Below are positions 1 to 7,876 of a DNA stretch of 64,000 nt, piece after piece. The notes below the pieces were generated by a model, which worked only from the letters and a program-made list of their open reading frames with translations, did not search any database and was not told the origin of the DNA. Position 1 is the stretch's first letter, and each line of letters opens with the position of its first letter. This stretch comes from Gemmatales bacterium (GTDB lineage: Bacteria > Planctomycetota > Planctomycetia > Gemmatales > HRBIN36), in NCBI GenBank assembly GCA_041640595.1, contig JBEPZY010000001.1, forward strand, positions 1,152,001-1,216,000. The letters are read 5' to 3'. The translations under genes and the position numbers were made by a program.

Positions 1-910
1 GGGCGAGCGCTTCGCGGACCAGGAGCACATCCTCGCCGCGAATGCCGATCAGCACAGGTGCACCGACAGCCGGATGGAAGGAGTTTGTCTGGCTCGCCTG
101 GGGCAGCGCCACGGTCAGACAGGCCCGGCCAACTCCTACCCGTACCGTGTCGCAGTCTATTGCCGCAATACGTCCCGCCAGCACCGTTTCCATGCCAACC
201 AACTGAGCGACCACGGCGTCCTTAGGCCGACTAAAAACTTCCTCAACGCAACCGGTCTGGTAAACTTTGCCGTCGAAAATAATGGCGACTTCATGGGCCA
301 GGCTCAGCACTTCTTCACGATCATGGCTGACCAGAAAAACAGGGATGGCGAATGGCTCCAGCAATTGCCGCCACTGCTGCCACAAACTCCGCCGCAGGTG
401 CAGGTCGAGCGCGGAGAACGGCTCGTCCAGGAGCAATAACCGCGGCCGCCGGGCCAGCACGCGGGCCAACGCTAACCGTTGTTGTTCCCCTCCGGAAAGG
501 CGATGCGGATATTCGTGCCGTTTTCCCTCCAGCTGCACCAGAGCGAGCATCTCGTCGGTGCGTCGGCGGCGTTCCTGACGCGGCAGAGCGTGTAAACCAA
601 AAGCGATGTTTTGCTCAGCTGTCAAATGCGGAAACAACGCATACGACTGAAACAGGAAACCAATGTCGCGCTGCTGCGGCGAAAGGCAGATCCCCTGCTG
701 GCTGTCGAACCAGATTTCCGAGCCGAACCGGATAAGTCCCTCATCAGGCCATTCCAACCCGGCAAGCAGACGGAGCCAGGTCGTTTTGCCACTTCCCGAA
801 GGGCCGAACAAAGCCGTTACATGGAACTGTCCCAGCGGAGCCGTCAATTCACCGGTAATGGTGAAACTACCGTGGCGACGCTTACTCAGCTGCGCCAGCA
901 ATTCGCTCAT
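1..910 (-). CDS. modC: ABC transporter ATP-binding subunit, molybdate (ModC)-like; 3' end runs off the window
   Basis: Not in the ORF track. Manual translation from ATG at 910 gives MSELLAQLSKRRHGSF...[28 protein letters not shown]...PQQRDIGFLFQSYALFPHLTAEQNIAFGL, with Walker A, LSGGEQQR signature, LLLDEP Walker B and a TOBE-like C-terminus. The + strand ORFs here are shadows. Confidence 0.75.
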   Translation of the reverse strand, partial: MSELLAQLSKRRHGSFTITGELTAPLGQFHVTALFGPSGSGKTTWLRLLAGLEWPDEGLIRFGSEIWFDSQQGICLSPQQRDIGFLFQSYALFPHLTAEQNIAFGLHALPRQERRRRTDEMLALVQLEGKRHEYPHRLSGGEQQRLALARVLARRPRLLLLDEPFSALDLHLRRSLWQQWRQLLEPFAIPVFLVSHDREEVLSLAHEVAIIFDGKVYQTGCVEEVFSRPKDAVVAQLVGMETVLAGRIAAIDCDTVRVGVGRACLTVALPQASQTNSFHPAVGAPVLIGIRGEDVLLVREALA

Positions 911-1005
911 GATTTTCTATCAGGGTGCGCTCAGCGTGAGATAACAGACGGGGTCAATTTCCGGTATAGCCCCCAGTCCAGAACTGGCCAGCCCATGGAC
1001 TCACC

Positions 1006-1040
1006 AAACAAAAACCGCCGGGCCAATCGTTCCCGGCGGT
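1006..1040 (-). terminator. Rho-independent terminator of the 1084-1401 gene
   Basis: Minus strand ACCGCCGGG-loop-CCCGGCGGT followed by TTTTGTTT. Confidence 0.75.
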
Positions 1041-1083
1041 GGCAAAGGTTCGGCCCGATACGAGTATTGGAAGACCGGCAGCA

Positions 1084-1401
1084 CTATTTGAAGCTGACCT
1101 TGCTCACTTTGATGACGCGCTTGCCGCCTTCCTCGGAGACGACGCCCGTCACTTCGCCTTCCTTGCCCTCTTTGCAGATTTCGCCGTGATGCTTCTTGTG
1201 AGAAGCGGCGTCGAAATAATACACGACTTCCTTGCCACCTTCCTTGACGACGATGACGGTGGCGCAGGCCTTTTCCTTCTTGAGTTCGCAGCGGGCACAG
1301 GTGATTTTGCCCTTGAGCGTAACCTCTTTGTCCGCGGCCTGCACGAAACCGACCACAGCCAGCAGGGCGATTGCCGCCAGCACCACACCGAGCAGACGCA
1401 T
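1084..1401 (-). CDS. Small secreted protein, DUF6370-like (CxxC...C...C)
   Basis: AGGAGG RBS before ATG 1401, signal peptide ending VQA-A, then KEVTLKGKITCARCELKK...CATVIVVKE...YY...HGEIC, a pattern typical of this PVC family. Confidence 0.75.
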   Translation of the reverse strand: MRLLGVVLAAIALLAVVGFVQAADKEVTLKGKITCARCELKKEKACATVIVVKEGGKEVVYYFDAASHKKHHGEICKEGKEGEVTGVVSEEGGKRVIKVSKVSFK

Positions 1402-1670
1402 GGCTTCCCTCCTTTTGTTAGAGGCCCCATTTACCCGGGCCATACGCGCTCTGCATTCCCACTCGCAGAGCTGCGATGGCCTTGCTTCTTCTTTTGTATG
1501 TTTGACCGCACCCAAGGCAAGTGTGCCATGTTGCTCCCGGGCCGGAGCCAGGCGCTCCTACGGATAAGTCGTCTTGGAACCCGCGGAATCACGCGGCGTC
1601 TGCGGTGTTTCGGGTCAGGAAGTTCAATCCGTTGGGCACGTCAACAGAAACGGTTCTTGGCCATGCAAAT

Positions 1671-1702
1671 AAAAAGCAGGGCAGTTCAAAGACCGCCCTG
1701 CT
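1671..1702 (-). terminator. Rho-independent terminator of the cytochrome c gene
   Basis: Minus strand AGCAGGGC-loop-GCCCTGCT followed by TTTTATTT. Confidence 0.7.
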
Positions 1703-1784
1703 GAAAGGCAAGCATCCGCTCGGCAGCACCTGACCAGCGCAAATGCCCTCTCAAGCGAGCCGCCTAAGAGCAGTTGCAGTCGCG

Positions 1785-2159
1785 CTAGCTCGGCTTGTGT
1801 TCCTTATGGCAGCCGGCGCAGTTGACGGCTTTCTTGTACTTTTCAATGGCGTCTTTGTCGTTGGCGACCAGGGCTTTCGCTGCTTCCACCAGAGCTTTGG
1901 TGCGTTCTTCCCAGGCCTTAGGATCACCACGAGGCGGTTTGTTGGCGGCCAGGGCCTCATAGACTTCCAAAAGTAACTTTTTCTCTTCGGGGGTAGCTTT
2001 GCCCTGCACTGCTTTGGCACACAAAGCCGGCTTACCGACATGGGCGCACTTCATCACCTCCTTGATGGTGTATTTGGGCTTCTGAGAGAAGCCCACGCCG
2101 CTTGACCAGAGCACGACCAGTGTGGCGGCCAGTGCCAGCGTCATCCAGGTCCTTTGCAT
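1785..2159 (-). CDS. Secreted monoheme c-type cytochrome (class II / cytochrome c'-like, C-terminal CxxCH)
   Basis: GGAGG RBS, signal peptide, helical Lys/Ala-rich body, NCAGCHKEHK at the C-terminus. Confidence 0.8.
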   Translation of the reverse strand: MQRTWMTLALAATLVVLWSSGVGFSQKPKYTIKEVMKCAHVGKPALCAKAVQGKATPEEKKLLLEVYEALAANKPPRGDPKAWEERTKALVEAAKALVANDKDAIEKYKKAVNCAGCHKEHKPS

Positions 2160-2623
2160 CGTACCTCCCTCCCTTAAGCGACAGGCAATCGGCAAGTGCC
2201 TGCGCCGACCTACGACGTATTCGCTACCAGCCCCGTGCTGGTTAGCTTCTCTCGAATGAGACCCTTGTCAAGACGCCCAAAGCCTCCCCGCGGTCTCCAA
2301 ACGATACAATTGCGGCTAAAAATGTACACCTTCCGTGCCGGATTGTTTTCACCTGGCACCCAGGCCATCCGTGGCAAACTTGTTTCTCATTGCGCTGGTA
2401 GGCTTTCAGGCGGGTTAGCTTGTGGGTCCTGGTTCGATGGTGGCGATACACTATACACTGGCAACAAAACGTCCAGAGTCAAGAGAAAATTTTTTGCGGC
2501 GAGGCGGTCACTTCCCGACCTTTGTTGCTCCGACTTCCACAGTCAGGCCAACTCTGCTACGCAGAACGACCGTGAACGAAACAAGTGCCACACGCTAATC
2601 CCCTGGGCGTAACATACACGAAA

Positions 2624-4018
2624 TTAGACGCCAGCATCATCGAGCCTGAACATTTCCATCAGAGAGGTAGTCGAGCTGATGCTATCCAGATTCCACAAAC
2701 CTTCCAGCAGCGTTTGAGTGCGAGTTTCACCGTAAAGAGGCACCACCAGAGAGCGGAACTTTTGTTCCAGTTCGGCATCCGTGAGGGGATTTCGGGCATG
2801 CCCACGGGGATATTCCACCTCAGCGGTCAGGGTCGTACCGTTGCGCAGCTGCACGACCACACGATTAGGAATCCCTTGCGGATACCGAGCCGAGAGATGG
2901 GCATCGCGATGTACCTGTACTCTGGCTACCAGTTGCAGTAGCCGTTCGTCGTGCAGATGGCGGTCGTCGAAACTCGCCAGCGTCACCTCGCCGTCATACA
3001 AAGCGACAGCTACGCAGTAGGGCAAACTGTGATCGGCAGTTTCGCGGGTGCGGGGCCGCCACTTTTCCGGGTCTTTGCCGATAATGTCCACCGCAGCATC
3101 GAAGGTGAAAATGTCAATGCGTTCGATATCGTCCAGATGAGGAATTTGCGAGCGGAGTTGCAACGCAGCGTCAATAGCACTCTGAGCGTGGTATTCCGCT
3201 GGCCAGAATTTGATATAAGTGCGGCGGATCATGAAATCATCGGCACCAGCGGGGGCCAGCTCGCCAGCCAGCGGCGGGAGCGTAAAAGGGCCGGTGATCA
3301 GTTTCATAAACCCCAGCTCTCCCTCGAAAATCGGCGCCGGGCCGGTCATTCCTTCCGCGGCCAATAAGGCGGCAAATACGCCGTTCCGAGCCGCATTGGC
3401 GAATGCAGCCCCTTTCCACATACTGAGTTCGCCCGCACGTGTTTGCCGCAAGGCGATGTTGCTGACGCCGGCTATGCCCAGAGCGTGTACGGTGCGACGC
3501 GGTTCGAGACCTAACAATTTGCACGCTGCCAGACACGAGGAAATCGCCCCGTAAACCACATGGTCGAACCCATGCCGGCGCAGGGAAGCGGCATCGCAGA
3601 GCCGACACTGAATCTCGTAGGCCAGCACCGTCGCAGTGATCAAATCGCGGCCGCTCGCCCCTGCCAGTTCGCCAACCGCCCAGATGGCACTAAGATTGTC
3701 GCTCGGATGGGCTGGTTCCAGTGACAGGTAGGTGTCATTGAAGTCCAGGTAGCGCACCAGCAAACCGTTGACGAAAGTGGCCCACTCCACGCTGGACTTT
3801 CCACCCCCCAGCAACGTCGCAGGTGGCAGGCTCTGAACGCGCAAGGCACACCGCCGGGCAATCCGCGGCGCATCCGCCGACCAGGCACCCACGGCAGTCG
3901 CAAAAGAATCAATAAATCGCCGCTTCACTTCGTGCACTACCCCGGCGGGCAGGTCCTCGTAACGAAGACGGCAAGCATATTCAGCCAGTCGTTCGGCTAA
4001 GTAATTGCTGTGCGACAT
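2624..4018 (-). CDS. prpD: MmgE/PrpD family protein (2-methylcitrate dehydratase)
   Basis: RYLDFNDTY..EPAHPSDNL, GELSMWKG, KFWPAEYHAQ, RETADHSLPY and PRGH motifs. Confidence 0.9.
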   Translation of the reverse strand: MSHSNYLAERLAEYACRLRYEDLPAGVVHEVKRRFIDSFATAVGAWSADAPRIARRCALRVQSLPPATLLGGGKSSVEWATFVNGLLVRYLDFNDTYLSLEPAHPSDNLSAIWAVGELAGASGRDLITATVLAYEIQCRLCDAASLRRHGFDHVVYGAISSCLAACKLLGLEPRRTVHALGIAGVSNIALRQTRAGELSMWKGAAFANAARNGVFAALLAAEGMTGPAPIFEGELGFMKLITGPFTLPPLAGELAPAGADDFMIRRTYIKFWPAEYHAQSAIDAALQLRSQIPHLDDIERIDIFTFDAAVDIIGKDPEKWRPRTRETADHSLPYCVAVALYDGEVTLASFDDRHLHDERLLQLVARVQVHRDAHLSARYPQGIPNRVVVQLRNGTTLTAEVEYPRGHARNPLTDAELEQKFRSLVVPLYGETRTQTLLEGLWNLDSISSTTSLMEMFRLDDAGV

Positions 4019-4205
4019 AGCCCGAGGCTTTTGCCAAGATTTGCTGCACCAGGGACAATTCCGGTAGCAGGAACCAGAGGCAATGTATCTGACAGCGTCG
4101 GTTGGCGTCTAAATTACCGGCATAGGGAAAAATTCGCACACACTTACGGTTGCTTTCTGTTCCAATGCAGGCGTGTGTATGGAAAATCCCGGCACGTTTT
4201 TAAGG

Positions 4206-4236
4206 AAAAGGCCGCCGGTTAATAAGGCCGGCGGCC
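4206..4236 (-). terminator. Rho-independent terminator closing the ~150-nt 3' UTR of the CxxU gene
   Basis: Minus strand GGCCGCCGG-9 nt-CCGGCGGCC followed by TTTTCCTT. Confidence 0.75.
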
Positions 4237-4292
4237 AAGGCTGCTGAACGCTGGGCCAGTTCACCGACCCAGCTACATCCGGCTCACAATCG

Positions 4293-4332
4293 GTGCTGAC
4301 TGTCTCCAGCCACGGAGACTTCGTCAGTGCAC
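4293..4332 (-). promoter_or_regulatory. 3'-UTR stem-loop with GAA/A internal loop (candidate archaeal-type SECIS)
   Basis: Minus strand GUG CA CUGAC GAA GUCUCC GUGGCU GGAGAC A GUCAG CAC, 50 nt after the stop codon of a gene with an in-frame UGA. The structure is seen; the function is inferred. Confidence 0.45.
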
Positions 4333-4382
4333 GAAGGCAGAGGCAATGAGCGGGCTGTCTCGCAAGCCTTTTCAGCAAGTCG

Positions 4383-4937
4383 TTATTGTAACTTGCTGAG
4401 ATCGGCGATAATTGCCTCTACCGTCTTGGCGTTCAGCCCGCCAGCGGGCACGGCATGGTTAGCCACGACTTTGTTGCTCTTGTAGAAAACTGCCGTGACT
4501 TCAGCTTCCTTGGCGATATTCCAGCCTTTCGGGCCGGCCGGGTTGTCTATACCGAAGCTGACGTTCTTGATCCCCTCTTTTTCCACCAGGGACTTGATAC
4601 GCTTTTCCAACTCCGGATCGTCCGACAGGAACACAACGCAGGCTTTGATGGACTTGTTGCCGGCAACCGCCCCGTCCAATTTCTTGACCAGACTGGTCAA
4701 GCCGTCGCTCAGCTCACGGGCGAAGATGAGCGCGACGGGAGCGCCGCCGAACTGTCAGACAAAGCAATTCTTCTGACCGTTCTTGGCCGGCTGATCCACA
4801 TTGATGACGTTGAGCGGATGGAATGCTCCGCCACGATTCTGCCCGACCTGCGGGCCGGATTTCAGGCTACCCTGGGCCAGCACCAGACTGCATGCCAGTA
4901 CCGTCGCCAGGCTAGCCCCAAAGACGCGAATGCGCAT
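4383..4937 (-). CDS. Secreted thioredoxin-like protein with CxxU motif; probable selenoprotein (184 aa, U61)
   Basis: AGGAGG RBS and ATG 4937, signal peptide, then ...GQKNC-F-V-TGA(4755-4757)-QFGGAPVALIFARELSDGL, continuing in frame into ORF 4383..4700. The two ORF-track pieces are one reading frame split by a single TGA. Confidence 0.8.
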
Positions 4938-5746
4938 GGCTAACCTCCTTCTGGTTGCCTTGCATCGGGGCGTGTTTCGGCAGGCCACAGTGCCCATCCG
5001 CCATCGCTCCTCCGCCCCGTTTTCAGGAGCGACGCGGCATTTGTTCGGTTCCGGTAAATTTCGGCTCGAAAATCGTTCCCAAGGTATTGGGTGATGCCAG
5101 CTTCCCGCTCACTGGTATATGCCCTGGTTGCGATTCTAGCAATACCGCGGATGCAAGCAGTCGTCTCGCTCAGGACTTATTTTGCGGGACCACTGACAAA
5201 ATTGTAGGGTCAGCATTGATTATTGCTTTTACCCGCAGGGCCTCGTGCAGTGATCCGGATGGATGGAAGCCTCAAGAAAGGCGTCAATAGAGAGCAGTTT
5301 CAGGCAGGCTCGAGGCAGGGAGTTTCCAGCGGTTATCGCTTCCGATTATATCGGCCAGCCACCGCAGCGTCCACTATCTTAGACACCGAATTCACAATAA
5401 GGCACCGCTGAAACGCTATCCGCGCATTCGGCTTTCGCCGAAAAACCAACGGCAATCGGCGGAACTCGGGCTTGCAGTCTCTTGCAGCATTGCGGCCTGG
5501 CAACTTGTCAATGCTTGTGCGGCGCTCACGCTTCCTGCTGGAGAAATCCAGCTCGGTAAGTCCGCGTCAAAGTGCCAAAACGACGCCAGGCATCCCTTTG
5601 ACAAAAGTTATAGATGCCGGAGCTAACGAGTTGTTTACGCCATCTGGACAGTCCTCCCGGGCTCCAAACAGCTATTGGCTTGTCTTGAGCGGCGGAGCCG
5701 CCTGATTCAAGGCGGCCTTGCTGAGACAACGCACACGAGCGGTTTG

Positions 5747-7390
5747 CTAGCGGGGCGGGTCATCCAAAGAGTCATCCGGATCGAGCAAGAAGCGAGCGGC
5801 TACTATGTAACCTTCATCGCAGGGCTGAACCCGCAAGATGCTCGCTGGCAGAGCAATGGCCCTGTCGGAGCTTTCACCGGCAGGAACGATGTGCACCGGC
5901 TCTTCCGGTAAGGGGACGGGCGAAAGGAACCGAATGCCCGTGGATGAAACGTCCTGACCGATCACGGTTATTTCCTGGCGTGTCTGGCCGTCCGGCAAGC
6001 CGTAAATGACGCGGAGAGGTTCGGTGTATGGGAACCGTTCATGCTCGCGGCGTTCCGGAGTGGCCATCAAGTATGAACGAAGTTGTTCCAGGAAAATGGG
6101 TCCGATTTGCTCCAGGATTTGCCGGGCCTGGCGGGGGAATTTACCCACATATTCCATCTCAATACGCACTCTCGTCATGCCTGACCAGGCAGGTTCGAAC
6201 CAGAGCCGTACCTCGATGATATCGTTGGAGACAGGAACAAGTTTCTGCCACCAGCTTTCACTGCCGATCAGCCGAACCACGATCTGGAAACCATCAAGCA
6301 GCAAGATGCGCACGGGCCAGGTCTGCAAAAATCCCATGACTTTTTCCCAGGCCACGCCAGGTGCAAGCACAGCAGCGCAGGTGTGTTCCAAAATTCCTTT
6401 CTGGTTGTAGCGGTAACGCATACCGCGATACTCACGCACCTCCAGACCCTGACTGGCCAGGTGAACAAGTCGGCTGACTTGATTGTGCAGTTGGCGGCTG
6501 AACCAGGGTGCGGACAGGTCGAACTCCATCTGACCGGGCAGGATTAGTTTTGCGCGGTGGTTGGAAACGGCTTCAACGCGTCGGGGGGCTTCCTGTAAAG
6601 CACGTACAAAGTCCGAACAATTCGCAAACCGATCGGCGGGATTACGAGCCAGAGCACGTGCTACTGCCTCCCGGTCACCAGCGGGCAAAGGTTCCAGGTC
6701 CGGCTCGTGCCAGCTTTCACCGGTCAGATCACGTAAACGAGCGACACGAAACGGATGAGCGCCGGTAAGGAGCTCCTGATAAATCGTCGCCAGACTGAAT
6801 TGGTCGCTGCCCCAGGTAGGCCGACCGGCAAATACCTCCGGAGCTGCGTATCGGGGACTGTACTGGGCCGGGGAACATTGCAGCGGCACCAGGAGCAGCT
6901 CGACGATGCCATAATCGCTGACGGCAGCCTGTCCATTTCGCAACCAGAGCACCCGCGGACTCAAACCCAGATGCATCAGGGCATGTTCTCGCCGCAAATA
7001 ATCCAGCGCTTGCGCTACCTGGCCCAGCAAGCTCAGCAACCGTTGTCGGCGTAAACCATAGGGGCCCTCCAGAGGAGTGGTGCGAAAATACTCTGCCCAG
7101 GTGCATTCGGCCGATTCGCTGACAATGACCACCCGGCCTCCTTCGGGGATCACTGCTTCCACTCCGAGCAAATGTGGATGTCGAACCGCCGTCAATCGCT
7201 GCTCTGCCAGCTGTGGGATGGAACTTTCAGGCTCGCGGCCCAGGAATCCTTTGACGTAAGTAACGAGTCGGCGTTTGCCTTCCGGGCCGACGGCGAGCCA
7301 GACTTCGCGCAGTCGGCCCTCTTCCAGGCAACGCTCAAAGCGTAGCCGCGTCAGCACTGCGGATTTGCGATCATGCAACTCCGCTGGCAC
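5747..7390 (-). CDS. Ser/Thr kinase-like (degenerate catalytic loop) protein with C-terminal PilZ domain
   Basis: Kinase fold remnants (RHPHLL, HLGLSPRVL, DYG, YAAPE, SDQFSLA, ALARNPADRF). PilZ motifs RREHER and DVSSTG. GTG start at 7390 after GGAGG. Confidence 0.8.
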   Translation of the reverse strand: MPAELHDRKSAVLTRLRFERCLEEGRLREVWLAVGPEGKRRLVTYVKGFLGREPESSIPQLAEQRLTAVRHPHLLGVEAVIPEGGRVVIVSESAECTWAEYFRTTPLEGPYGLRRQRLLSLLGQVAQALDYLRREHALMHLGLSPRVLWLRNGQAAVSDYGIVELLLVPLQCSPAQYSPRYAAPEVFAGRPTWGSDQFSLATIYQELLTGAHPFRVARLRDLTGESWHEPDLEPLPAGDREAVARALARNPADRFANCSDFVRALQEAPRRVEAVSNHRAKLILPGQMEFDLSAPWFSRQLHNQVSRLVHLASQGLEVREYRGMRYRYNQKGILEHTCAAVLAPGVAWEKVMGFLQTWPVRILLLDGFQIVVRLIGSESWWQKLVPVSNDIIEVRLWFEPAWSGMTRVRIEMEYVGKFPRQARQILEQIGPIFLEQLRSYLMATPERREHERFPYTEPLRVIYGLPDGQTRQEITVIGQDVSSTGIRFLSPVPLPEEPVHIVPAGESSDRAIALPASILRVQPCDEGYIVAARFLLDPDDSLDDPPR

Positions 7391-7535
7391 CGTCTTCCTC
7401 CGCCTGTTGGGCCTGGCGGCACCGCTGCTCCAGTTTACCGGGCAGCAGTGCCTATCCACTCGAAGGTTGCGTCTGCCGCAATTTGCGATTGTCAGCATCT
7501 CCAGCTCGCCCGAACCAATCGAATTTGCGGACGAC

Positions 7536-7647
7536 CCTGACAATCCCTATGCGATCCTTGCGGGTGATTCTGGGACGGGCGGCTGGGACCGGTCTTCTTC
7601 ATCACCGTCCTGACAATCCTTTTGCGGTGTTTGCGGGCGAGTCGGGT
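7536..7647. repeat. Imperfect direct repeat (2 x 39 bp, 30/39 identical) with 34-bp unique spacer
   Basis: cctgacaatccctatgcgatccttgcgggtgattctggg (7536-7574) versus cctgacaatccttttgcggtgtttgcgggcgagtcgggt (7609-7647). Confidence 0.7.
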
Positions 7648-7876
7648 GTTTACAAGCCTAGCTTTGAACTGCTGGCCTGTCAAAAAGCCCGCGCATAAAA
7701 AGGGCGAGAGAGGGTCCCCTCAGAAGCTCCATGCTCTCCCTCTCTCGCCTGGTACTGACGCCCCTCCCCAAAGGCGTCAGACCGCCAAAGAGCAGGGACC
7801 ATGCACAGTTGGCTGCGCCTCTCTTTGGTCGCACAAATTTAGGTCGCGAATCGCTCCCTGTCAAACGGAGAAGACC

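Noticed and set aside
74..1189. Several + strand ORFs (74-439, 267-578, 611-1189)
   Set aside because: Antisense shadows of the minus-strand ABC ATPase, which the ORF track missed because it runs off the edge
4296..4327. CUGACGA + GUCUCC/GGAGAC stem resembles a hammerhead ribozyme core
   Set aside because: The obligatory GAAA after stem II is absent (AGUC instead), and CUGAC pairs with GUCAG
4383..4700. Stand-alone 105-aa ORF with TTG start, or a nonsense pseudogene
   Set aside because: No RBS, in frame with the upstream signal-peptide ORF, and the TGA falls exactly at a CxxC position with no other lesions. Sec recoding is preferred, but a pseudogene is not fully excluded.
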